In this document: positions 14,611 to 25,989 of the stretch, piece after piece | Numbering within the stretch: position 1 is the first letter of the stretch | How the letters are laid out: every line of letters starts with the position of its first letter | From: Selaginella moellendorffii | Lineage: Eukaryota > Plantae > Lycopodiophyta | Length of the DNA stretch: 64,000 nt | Direction of reading: 5' to 3' | Assembly: GCF_000143415.4 (NCBI RefSeq) | Contig: NW_003314300.1 | Span: 1,161,014 to 1,225,013, forward strand | Made by a program: the position numbers and the translations under genes | Notes under the pieces: generated by a model | Seen by the model: only the letters and a program-made list of their open reading frames with translations | What the model was told of the DNA's origin: nothing | Database searches by the model: none

Positions 14611-15245
14611 ATTGCTTCCTCCTCACAACTGTGCTATTAACCCTAATTCTATATATTATAGATTTTCCAAGTGAATGTACAGAACCCTATTTTGTTCCTG
14701 TTTAGGGTAGTGGACAGTGACTTTGTGTTTTTTAAAATGACAATGATGTAGTAGTCTTGTGTCATGCCCATGTATAATGTTTCAATTGTTTATGTAGCAA
14801 TTAAAAAGTGATTGTGTGCATAATATTTTTGCATATATATCAAAACAAAAAATAAATCCACACATGTATAATGTAATATATGCAATCACATATTCATTAC
14901 CATCCATGAATGGGTGAAAACTGTATTGTAAATAGAAATTACACAAAGACAGTGCCACCTTGAATGGATTGGATGAATAGCTATGATTGGTAATATTGTT
15001 TCATTTCAGAAAGAATATATTATAAAAATTAAACATAGAAATATTTACCGGAATATGCTCTGCAGACCAATGGGAGCTTACATGTGACGCATGCAATGTG
15101 CGGTCTGATTTACATTTTGAATCAGACCGATTTTCGTGAAGCAAAGATGCCTTGTTACTCGCCAATACAATTGCCTCAGGAATGTTCAAGATAGCACAAA
15201 AATTTGAGAAAAATTGAAACAGAGATCAATGTTTCCAGATCCAGA

Positions 15246-15410
15246 CTCCTTTGATACAAGTGACACACCGGTCTCAGGATCTATCACTTTCGCAGTGGCA
15301 TTTCTCACAATCGTTCCACAAGATCCAGCCAGCTTCAGTCATCCCATATCCCTGGAAGAATAAACACAAATTAGAATTCTATGCAAATCTAAGATTGTAC
15401 CTGGTACAAG
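15246..15410 (-). pseudogene. 4CL: 4CL pseudogene fragment (exon 2 and intron boundary copy)
   Basis: Colinear with 17309-17500 (ctcctttgataca.../cagtggcatttctcacaatcgttccacaagatccag/ccagcttcagtcatcccatatccctggaagaa) with two internal deletions. Confidence 0.85.
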
Positions 15411-16118
15411 AACTCTCCTGGCAGAGCGTTTGGAGAAAGACTTCGGTGTGATTGCTGTTCCAGAGGTATACTGGACAAATTTGTGCTAGCCACAGAGATA
15501 GTAATGGTTATCATCACTTCTCATGAGTTTTATTTCTAGTCTTTCACCAACAGGTATGGGATGCAATGAGGAAGTTGTCAACGTCATCCCATCACACTTG
15601 ATAAGAAGCAAGCCAGCGCCAAAATCGACTGTGCAGTGGCGTGCCTGTTCTTAGACACCATCATGGTTTGTCAGGCCTCGAATGGAGACAACGAAACCAA
15701 GACGATAGTCTTACCTCAGACAGGAGACGAGAAAGAATCGAGAGATGACGCGACGAGTAAAACTGGTGAGGAAGAGTCCTCCAAGTCGGATATTGAAGGG
15801 TGAATTCGCTGCTAAGGTTTTTGCTGGGGGACAAACTCCAAGAGGAGGTGCTAGAGTAGCAGGGAATCAAAGAGACCATTCCCATACATAGCTCTTGATC
15901 ATCACGTTCCAGGCCTCGGCACTCTTCCTTAGCAGATTCACAAACAGCTTTCTTGGCATCTCTCCACACTGGAAGAGCTCGATTGGAGTGCTCAGCCGGA
16001 CGATTTTCGTCAGAAGTACATGATTATGTGATATGGAAGAAATTAAGGCTATTATTCTATGCAGCAGTGAAGTTATGCAAGGAAACTTGAATAGTTACCA
16101 AGTTAAACTGCTGCTAAT

Positions 16119-16179
16119 GTAGACGTAGTGGTTAATGGGGCACGACTAGAAATCGCAGGTTCGAATCCTGCCGTCTACG
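16119..16179 (+). pseudogene. Internally deleted tRNA-Ser(AGA)-derived gene
   Basis: Acceptor stem GTAGACG/CGTCTAC, T-arm GCAGG-TTCGAAT-CCTGC, anticodon loop CTAGAAA, discriminator G, downstream TTTT; lacks 5' D-stem and variable arm. Confidence 0.8.
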
Positions 16180-16516
16180 TATACACCTCGTTTTAGCACT
16201 GCTTGAATTGTTTTGCGTTTGGACTTATCTCAAAGAAAGTGATAGCTCTTTGGTCGATTTTTTCTTTTTGATCCATTTTTGTAGTCCTGAAAAGAACCAA
16301 ACTTTGCGTTTCAAGGTGCGTGGCGAATGGATCAATCATCAAGCGTTAATAATCTGCTGTACATTTTCTTTTGATCTTTTCTTTTTTCTCTCTTTCCCAT
16401 TTATCGCTCTCGTGTGAAAATTGATGTTTATCCCTGAAGAACACACAAGTTTGGTCACTAAAGTTTCAGTGAATCTCCTTTGCACCAACCTTGTGTGTGT
16501 GTGAGTGTGTGGAAAC

Positions 16517-18717
16517 TTAGTTTAGCTCCAGCTTGCTTCTCAGATCCTTTCTCAGGATTTTTCCTGCCGGTGACTTGGGTATGGAGTCCACGAAGTAAAC
16601 TTTGTGGATTTTCTTGTAGAAGACAACCTGTATGGCAGAAGTAAGTTCGCATTCAAAGAGAGAGCTGGCTGCGTGTCATGCTTCATTTAACGCCGCACTG
16701 CTGCGATCACTGCTGCGATGGGAATGGAAGAGCAGAGAAGAGATTGGAAACTTGCCTGTTGTGATACGAACAGCTTGAGCTCCTCTTCCGATACTTTAAA
16801 GCCATTTGCAATCACCACGAATGCTACGGGCAGTTCTCCGGCGGTTTCGTCCTTTTTCCTGCAAGAAAAATTTAGATTTTGAGTTGCTTGATTCGATCAA
16901 AGCTCCAGCATTCCTGGAGGGAGAGTTATATGATTAGTTTCCGCTACTTACGGGATCACTGCAGCATCAGCAACGCACGGATGCGACGTGAGAATCGCTT
17001 CAACCTCAGCCGGTGCCACCTACAAAATACGAGCTTGTAAGAAAAATGAATACTTGCAAGTCGAAATACACCAAAAGTGACAAAGAACCAACCTGGAAAC
17101 CTTTGAATTTGATGATCTCCTTGACACGATCCACCAGGAAAACCTCGTCATTGTCATCGATGTATCCGACATCTCCGGTGTGAAGCCAGCCCTCCTTGTC
17201 GATCGTCAGTGCAGTTGCCTCTGGATCATTCAGATAGCCTGCCAGTGAATCAAAAGTTAGAACACAAAAGAATCACAAAGAAGAAGTTTTTCCACCTTTC
17301 ATGATCTGGGCTCCTTTGATACAAATCTCTCCAGCTTGGTTGTGTGGAAGTGACACTCCAGTCTCGGGATCCACCACTTTGGCAGTGGCGTTTCTCACGA
17401 TCGTTCCGCAAGATCCAGGCTTGACTGGAAAAACTTCTTTCGCGAATGCCAGATTCATGGCGATCACAGGCCCAGCTTCAGTCATCCCATACCCCTGGAA
17501 GAAGAAAAAAAATCCACGAATCAAAAACCCCCATTCTAGGCAAATGCTGCAAAGCTCGAAAACTCTACCTGACCGAGTACCGCCAGCGGTAGCCGAGCCC
17601 GAAACGCGTCCTCGAGCTCCTTCCCCAGCGGCGCGGCGCCGGACAGCACCATCCGGACGCTGGAAAGATCATACTTGTCCACGATCGGGTTCTTGGCGAT
17701 GGCGAGAACGATGGGTGGCACGAACGGCGCGATGGTGACGCGGTGGCGCTGGATGAGCTCCAGGAGCTCCGCGATCTCGAACTTGGGCATGATGAGAATG
17801 GTGGCTCCGACGCGCAGCGAGCACAGGAACACCGAATTCATGCAGTAGATGTGGAAGAGCGGCAGCACGCACAGCACGACGTCGTCGGGCGTCCAGTAGA
17901 TGTTTGGATTGGCGCCGTCCACCTGCTGGGCGATGCTGGTGACGAGCCCGCGGTGCGTGAGCATCACCCCTTTGGGCAATCCGGTGGTGCCGCTCGAGTA
18001 GGGGAGTGCCGCCACGTCGTCCGGCTGTACCACCTCGGGCTCCAGCTCAGGCTCCACCTCGGGCTCCTCGAGCAGCGTGGAGAATGGAAGGACCAGCTTT
18101 CTCCTTGGCGAGTTCTCTCCATCTTGGCGAGAGTTTTCTCCATCTTGGGGCGGTGGTGGAGCATCGATCGTGAAGATCACCACGTCCGGATCGAGCTCCG
18201 CGAGCTTGGGGACGTAAGGCGAGAGCGTGATGACGATCCGGGCGTTACAAGCACGGGCCTGCTCGCACACCTCGCGGGCGGTGTAGAAGGGATTGGCGGT
18301 GGTGGCGACGGCGCCGCGGCGGAGGATGCCCAGGAAGGCGAGCACGAACTCGATGCAGTTGGGGAGGAGGAGCATGACAACGTCGCCGCGGCGGAGGCCG
18401 TGACGCGCGGCGAGTGACGCCGAGAGCCGCGCGGACTGTACGGCCACCTGGCCGTACGTGAGGGTCGTGCCCGACTTACCGTCGATGACGCACGGACGGG
18501 CCGAGAAGCGCGCCGCGCGCTCCAGGACGTAGTCGACCAAGGGGGTGTCGTTGGCGATGGCGATGTCGGGCAGCTTGGATCTGTAGAGGTACTCGCGGGT
18601 TTGCGATTCAGGGGAGGGATTGCGCAAATGTGGCATTGTCTTGGCGGTGGTGGTGGCGCTTCGCTGTTGCTGTTGCTGCTGCTGCTGCTGCTGCTGGGTC
18701 TCGATTGTGGGCGCCAT
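16517..18717 (-). CDS. 4CL: 4-coumarate:CoA ligase, 6 exons
   Basis: Box [12 protein letters not shown], box [38 protein letters not shown]. Exons ~18717-17569, 17494-17296, 17238-17093, 17019-16952, 16858-16756, 16627-16517; last intron GC-AG; N-terminal polyQ. The ORF-track start at 18807 is GTG, so ATG 18717 is used. Confidence 0.96.
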
Positions 18718-19134
18718 TGGAGCGAGCTTCTCTTCTCCTCCTTTTTGGCTTCTCTTCTTGGATCGATCGATCAATTCGGCAATGGGAGTCGATAGAGCAT
18801 CGCCCACTAGCGAAGAACAAATGCTAGAACTTCTTCTTTGTGTTCTCGATCACGCTTTCCCCTGGCTTGGCTACAAAGAAAGAAGGAAAGAAGGGAAACA
18901 AAAAAAGAACCAAAACAAGCTCCTCCCTCCTCGTTTTCCTTCTCCAAATTTCCAAAAGCGATTAGTGTGGCAGCGTCTTCCTCGGATCTCCCGATTGCAC
19001 ACACCTTCGTGCTTCGATTCCAGCCGCACAAAAAGATGCTCCCACTGCCACCACCACCACCAAGCAATAGCAGCGCGCAGTAGCAGCAGTGTAAGATCAA
19101 TCAAACCGCAAAGAAAAAGGATTTTAAGCTCCAC

Positions 19135-19135
<1 letters not shown>

Positions 19136-19168
<33 letters not shown>
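19136..19168. repeat. (GA)n microsatellite upstream of 4CL
   Basis: agagagagagagagagagagagagcgagagag. Confidence 0.9.
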
Positions 19169-19281
19169 CCAAGAACAAGGTGTGGAACTGTTTTAGGTTT
19201 TTGATGGGCGCTCGAGAAAGGTGGTCCCGAAATTTTCCATCCCCAGGACCACCTCTCCAATGGCTGCTGCGCGCACGATTT

Positions 19282-19423
19282 CACCTACGACACCAGTTGC
19301 CGTGAAGCGGTATTTTGTGACTTAAGAAGAATTACATCTTTTAAGTTTGGAGAATGGAATTACAGTTTGTGTTTTTCTTGAGACCAGTAGGTGAGGTTGG
19401 TGTGGAGAGAAAACAGTTTGGTG
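19282..19423 (-). promoter_or_regulatory. Cluster of AC-type (R2R3-MYB) elements in 4CL promoter
   Basis: CACCTAC 19282-19288; on the gene strand CACCTAC 19387-19393, CACCAACC 19395-19402, CACCAAAC 19416-19423. Confidence 0.55.
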
Positions 19424-20720
19424 ACGAAGGTTTTGAATGGTTGCTTAAAAGAGTATCAATGTGGGGACAAATAGCTTTTTTCTTTTCTTTTTCTTTTGCT
19501 TGACGCCCTTTCTTTTTCTCTAGTTTTGATGATTTCAACGCAAATGATGACAAGTTCAACAATAGGCTGAAGAGCTGAAGAAAAATTCTTCGTGGCAGCA
19601 GCAGGGGCAACAGGAGGGAGAGTTTGAACAAAGAGAAAAAGTCTTCGGGAGGCTACCAAACTCCAAACTCGTGTTCAGATGGTTTGATCTGTTTGGACTT
19701 TGAGTGTTTTGTTTTCTGCGGAATTTTCCTTCCGCGGACCGGGCATCTTGGCGTTGAAGTCAGTTGCTGCAAGTACGCAGAGATCATGTTCTTTCGCCAT
19801 GCATAGCTCATGCACACACACACAAATTTGGCTTTGGGCGAGGCAAAGATGGTGAATTTGCACACAGAGAAGTGTTATAGTCGAGTGCGGGAGCAAGGTA
19901 AAGAAAGTGGGCGATTGCGAAAGTTGATGAACAAATTAAAAAAACGTACTTTGCAAATCAAAATTAGCACACACACAAAAGAAAAAAACCGCATGCTGTA
20001 CAGTGAATCCATGGCGGTACCGTGCGGTCCTCAGATCACAATCTAGAAAGAACATCGTGTTTCATGTGGACGACGCGGGAATCCTCTCAAGTTCTTACAA
20101 AATCCTGTGAATAAATTTTGGTAACCTCTGTCAACAGGCATAAATGCCAAGCCACATCACATTTTCGATATTTGTTTTTTTTAATCTACAACCAGCTTTC
20201 ACCACCTTTTCTTTGAACGGGTGTTCGCTTGTTGGATTTGCATCATGCGGGGCAACTCACTCCACTCTGGCCAAGTTGGAATTTGAGATCATCCCCACCA
20301 CTCTGGATGACGAGAAGAAGCGCTACGTGTATCACGTAAGGACCCACTACGGGTTTCTATCAGACGTGGAGAAAGTTATGAAAGTGGCTGCAAAGGAATA
20401 AAGATCACAGAGATAAAACCTTGGACTTCTTCTCGCAACAAGTCAAGAAACCATGAAGATCTTCTGTGAAAACGCTTTGGGTTCCTAAGCAAGAAATCGA
20501 TCAAGCTATAAACAAGATTATTTGGTCAGGGAAACCAGAAAGAAAAAAGATGAGCTCGCCCGCCTAGTACTTGCCGCACACGGGATTTCTCTGGCCTGGC
20601 CTCTCAGGTGAATACTCCGCGGGCAGGCTTCCTAAAACTGAAATATAGCTGCAAACGCGTGAAATAGCTTACCTCCTAGAGTAGTATACAAAACTGAGAA
20701 TCGGATTTGCGTGTGCGTGC

Positions 20721-22137
20721 TCAGTCGACCCTGTAGAGGACCACTTCCTGCTGCTTGAAGTAGCGTCTGTCTTCTTCGTCCACCAGAACGAGGTTGAGGA
20801 AGTACTTGACGCTGAACTTGTTGTTGATGTTTCGGTAAGTCGGGGTCAGCTCGTAGGGGCTCAGGAAGAGCCGAATGGGAATGGATTCACCTGAGGAAAA
20901 GCATTGTTAGATCTGAAAGGAGAGGGGAACAAAAGACTTGAAGTTCTCACCGCGGACAGGCGCTCCATCCATGATTTCGAACTTTGCAAGTGTTTCGCTT
21001 TCGTTGTAAGCGTTGGCACCTGAGCCGGTCGACTCTCGCTTTCTAATCTCGATCTCCATATGCTTTATCTTGATGCGGACCAGAAGAAAGTAAATCTTCC
21101 CGACGATTACATCCTTTAAGTGGAATCTGGCACAGAAAAAGCACTCACGCTCAGTTGACACAAAGCATGTTTCCACGTATTCAAAACGCACTTGCTCTTA
21201 TTGTACTCGAATTCGATATGCAAGCAATCCTCGATGCCGACCTCCATCTACAAAGAGAAAAAGCTTTTTTCAAAAGCAAACTATCGATGTTTTCACCTTG
21301 ATGCTGTTGTTCACGTCGGGGTGCGTTTGAAAGTTTCGAACCTGGAAAAACGAATTGTAAGAGCGATGAAAATGTTTCTCCACAAGTATCAAGTTACCCA
21401 GAAATCCTTATATTCCACAATCTTAGGTACGTAGCTGCGAGTTATAGTCACCTTAAGAACATATCTAGCAAAACAATCCATTACAAAAAATATCCAAGCC
21501 GTGAATTTCTACCTGAGCCTCACGTTGACACCATTGTACGAGTCATATTGCATTTCCACTGACGAAAACTCGAAAGGATAGATTTTCCTCTCGTGAATCA
21601 CACCCGGAACATCGAGCTCCCTCACTGTAGAACACGAAACGGAAGTATCAGATGACAATCTAGAGCAAAAAACAAACTCACACACCCAAGGAAGTGAAGT
21701 CGTAGAAATTCCCTCGGTCGAAGTAAAACTCTGGCAATCCACAAACCAAAATCAGCGAAACAAGAGAAACGCAAAAACTAACGCACCTATTTGGCCAAGA
21801 AGCTCAATTTTCACTCCTTGATGCTCGATCTTCCGGCCAGGAAGAGGATCGATACGCACCTAAACAGAAAAAAAAATTACTAAAAATTGGGAAACAAGGA
21901 TGATCCAACCGACCTCGCCAGTAACACTCTCCTGGCCCTGGAAAAGAGGCACCATCCCCATCTGGCCATTCTCCTTCTTGATGCTCGCCTGGGAAAGACC
22001 AACGATTGCTAAGCTAACCCCGCTAGGTCAAGAAAGAGCGAAGGCACAGTCCAGACCTGCTTGCGCGACTCCATGTCCGAGAGATCGATCGAGATGACAC
22101 ACGGCTGACCAAAGGCTCCCGCGAAGAGGCTCTGCAT
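20721..22137 (-). CDS. VPS26: Retromer subunit VPS26 (intact, multi-exon)
   Basis: MQSLFAGAFGQPC..., IEHQGVKIELLGQI, FDRGNFYDFTSL, YPFEFSSVEMQYDSYNGVNVRLR, MEVGIEDCLHIEFEYNKS, LAKFEIMDGAPVRGESIP, LVDEEDRRYFKQQEV. Confidence 0.96.
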
Positions 22138-22339
22138 TGCTGCCGCCCTCTCGTGCCCTTGCTCTTTCGCGCTCTAGCTCACAGAAATAGAGAATATTCG
22201 AAGCATCTAGGGCTAATGTACGTCCATGCCAGATCAGAACATTAAGGTTTGTCTTTCTAGGAAGTACAGAGTTTCACTCTTTGATATACTCGTCTCCGCC
22301 ACCTCTGCATGGAACGAATTTTCAATATACGTTGTTATA

Positions 22340-23508
22340 TCACTTCCAAGATCGTGCCATTATAGCTAGACACTGTTGACAGTAGAAGATGACCTCATCA
22401 GGTGCTTCATCGTCGGAAAACCCAGCACAATCCATATGGTACCATCCAACCTTACACTGCAAAAACCAAAGAATTAGTTCTAGCGATTATAATGAAAACT
22501 TACTTCAGCATTGTCACAGAGAATCATTTTTCTCCCATCATCTCTCCCCTGGCAGCTACAATAAAGCTTGTCATCGATCTCAGGGTTCAGTGGCAACCTG
22601 TCAACAATGATCCTGTTCCTCTGGTACTCTCTGAAGAGGAGATCCATAATGTGCTTTTGGAGTTCATAAAGATCCCACTCCACGAGAAAGTCATGCTTCA
22701 GTTCAACATTTGAAGACAACCAGCTCAAAGGAAACCTCAAGCAGAATTTGTCCCTATTATCCTCAGAGCACACCTTTGGACTAAAATTGAGGTCTTTACA
22801 CCTCTTCCCATCTTCTTTCCAGAAACAGTTAAGTTTGACATGTAGAGTATCCAAGGTTCTTTTCGACTCAATTTTAATCTCAACCGCTAAACGGCACCTA
22901 GTTTGTTCTCATCCTTTAACCTCTGCTTTGAGTGTTTCCACATCCTCATTTTTGTATGCGACTTCAATAGTGCACTTTGGGTATTCTTCATCGTCAATAC
23001 TTGAAAAGGAAGCATCTGATTCTTTGTAAGATCCATTTGTTAGTTTGAAAATGGTACTGCCCTTAGTGTGAACTAATTTGTGGAACCTTGGCACATCCTT
23101 TGTTGGAAAGTGAGTCGCAAAAAAGTTAGTTGCTTGTTCCACCACTTCAACAACAAACCACAAAGTTGTCACCTCATGCACTTCAGAAGGGTCACCAAAG
23201 AGATAAATTGTCCCAAACTCTCCTCCCTCGAGCTCGTAAAAGAATCCCAATCTCCAACAAGTCTCAATTGAAAGAGACCAGATCTCCCAGGTGCCGCTAG
23301 ACACAGTCTCTGCAATGACAAAGGGCCCATGGCCAATCCCTGATGCACTTACTTGTAAGTACTTTGCAACAGCATGCTTAAATCCTTCATTCAGTCGCTT
23401 CAATTCCTGCTGTGCCTCCATTTGTTTGTTGTCTTTGAACTTGAAAAGCTGGACAATCTGTTTTTTTTCTAAGCTTTTCCTTTTTCCTAACACCCTAGCC
23501 TCTGCCAC
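22340..23508 (-). pseudogene. Uma2-like PD-(D/E)xK nuclease domain fused to C-terminal PHD finger, copy 1 (one in-frame TGA at 22909-22911)
   Basis: GDPSEVH..., KESDASF, YPKCTIEVAYKNE..L..EVKG*; then LYCSCQGRDDGRKMILCDNAE / 47-bp GT-AG intron 22457-22503 / CKVGWYHMDC...FYCQQC. Confidence 0.7.
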
Positions 23509-23554
23509 CCTTCAAACCCTAATGTGTTTTAATATACGATATTATTTCAACGTG

Positions 23555-24727
23555 GGTCAACGGAGAAGATTGAGAAAAACAAACAGGAGGATCCACAAGA
23601 CTAACCTACTCTTTTCAAATCTAATGCTTCGCAAAGCCCCTGATTTCTCTCCATCTTTTGGTCCCGGAAATGGTGGAGGTACACTTTCCCGATCAAGCGC
23701 CTGAACAAGAACGAAAATCACATCAATCGCTCACGAATGTATAAACAAAGCAAGAACGAACTTGCCTGTGCTGGAGAGCACCGCATCGCTATCAAAACTT
23801 GCCGTCCAGAAGAAAAACCCACGCATCTCTTTGCTCTTGAGAAACTCCACCTTCTTCTCGATCGATGCCTGGTTATCGAATCCCACCCACAAATCCCCAG
23901 CAAACGCGTACGCGCTGCTCGTCTCGCCATCGTCTACCACTGTCGCGTTCTTCGACCGGATGAACTCCTGGATCTCGCTGTAGAACAAGACCCCCGTCTC
24001 GGCACTTCCACCCGGCATAGCCGGCCCGGGCCCCCGCGCAGCAGCACCGACGCCGTGATCCAGCGACGAGTTTTCCAGCAGCCACGATCGCCCATACGCG
24101 GCCAAGCCCATCACCGCCTTGTGAGGAGGAAGCCCGCTATCCAGCCACGATTGGATGCCATAGCTGGAGCTTAGATTTGACGAGAGATCTGTGAGAGCCG
24201 AGTGCTCGCCGGTGAGAGATGGCTCCCAGGCCGTGGTAGTCGTAGCACATGATGTTCGCCCAGTCGAGTGTTCTAGCCATGGTTTGTACTGGGTACTCGT
24301 AGCGCATGCCCGGAATCGAAGGGTCCATGGCCATGGTGCTGTAGTACACCGCTGCAGTGAGTAGCAATCGGTTGCGATACGTCGACTGTGCCTCGAAGAC
24401 GATTTCTTTGGCGGAGCTCGGAGAAGAGCGAAGCTATGTTGGTCATATCGGCTGGCGAGTGAGGGAATTCCAAGTCCACGTCGATGCCATCAAACCTGGA
24501 AAGTGATCACACAAAGTTAGATCTATTCTTCCAAGAACTCCGGAAGATAGTGTTAACTTACCCGTAACTTCGTAATGCTACTCCGCACGAATTCGCCCCT
24601 GCTGGAACTGTTGCTCGCCATCTGCGAGAAGAACGTCGTGTTGGCCCCGGCGCCACCTATCGAGAGGAGGGCCTTGACCAGGCTCGTACACTCTCGCGCG
24701 ATATCGATGTTCTCCACCGGGATTTCC
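23555..24727 (-). pseudogene. GH18 chitinase 3' duplicate (no signal peptide, frameshifted)
   Basis: Near-identical to 27312-28513 with small deletions (e.g. at ~24230) that split the ORF. Confidence 0.88.
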
Positions 24728-25805
24728 CCTGAGCCGGTCGACTCGCACTTTCTAATCTCCATCTCCATATGCTTTATCTTGATGCGGACCAGAAGAAAGT
24801 AAATCTTCCCGACGATTACATCCTTTAAGTGGAATCTGGCACAGAAAAAGCACTCACGCCCAGTTGACACAAAGCATGTTTCCACGTATTCGAAACGCAC
24901 TTGCTCTTACTGTATTCGAATTCGATATGCAAGCAATCCTCGATGCCGACCTCCATCTACAAAGAGAAAAAGCTTTTTTAAAAAGAAAACTATCGATGTT
25001 TTCACCTTGATACTGTTGTTCACGTCGGGGTGCACTAGAAGTTTTCGAACCTGGTAAAAACAAAGCGTAAGAGCGATGAATGTTTCTCCACAAGTATCTC
25101 ATTACCCAGTATTCCACAATCTTAGGTACGTAGCTGCGAGTTATAGTCACCTTAAGAACATATCTGGCAAAACAATCCATTACAAAAAATATCCAAGCCG
25201 TGAATTTCTACCTAAGCCTCACGTTGACACCATTGTTACGAGTCATATTGCATTTCCACTGACGAAAACTCAAAAGGATAGATTTTCCTCTCGTGAATCA
25301 CACCCGGAACATCGAGCTCCCTCACTGTAAAACACGAAACGGAAGTATCAGATGACAATCTAGAGCAAGAAACAAACTCACACACCCAAGGAAGTGAAGT
25401 CGTAGAAATTCCCTCGGTCGAAGTGAAGTCGTAGAAACTCTGGCAATCCACAAACCAAAATCAGCGAAACAAGAGAAACGCAAAAACTCACCTATTTGGC
25501 CAAGAAGCTCAATTTTCACTCCTTGATGCTCGATCTTCCGGCCGGGAAGGGGATCGATACACACCTAAACAGAAAAAAAAATTACTAAAAATTGGGAAAC
25601 AAGGATGATCCAACCGACCGCGCCAGTAACACTCTCCTGGCCCTGGAAAAGAGGCACCATCCCCATCTGGCTATTCTCCTTCTTGATGCTCTCCTGGGAA
25701 AGACGAAAGATTGCTAACCCCGCTAGGTCCAGACCTGCTTGCGCGACTCCATGTCGGAGAGATCGATCGAGATGACACACGGCTGACCAAATGCTCCCGC
25801 GAATT
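24726..25805 (-). pseudogene. VPS26: VPS26 5' duplicate (start codon deleted, 3'-truncated, fused to chitinase)
   Basis: Colinear with 21017-22137; gcaatgcagagcctcttcgcg became gcaattcgcg; short duplication in the FYDFTS exon; ends at STGSG. Confidence 0.9.
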
Positions 25806-25989
25806 GCTGTGCTCTTTCGCACAGAAATAGAGAATATTCTAAGCATCTAGGGCATTAAGGTTTGAACATTAACATTAACATGAACATTAAGGTTTGTCTT
25901 TCTAGGAAGAAGTACAGAGTTTCACTCTTTGATCATATCTTGTCTCTGCATGGAACGAATTTTCAGTGTATTTTGAGTCCTTGCCTTGC

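Noticed and set aside
17301-19204. Long plus-strand ORFs including a poly-Cys ORF (18620-19204)
   Set aside because: Antisense shadows of GC-rich 4CL; poly-Cys is the reverse of the CAG polyQ tract.
22909-22911. Stop-codon readthrough, selenocysteine or RNA editing rescuing the nuclease-PHD gene
   Set aside because: Simple TGG-to-TGA transition; copy 1 also lacks a clear upstream ATG; no supporting signal visible.
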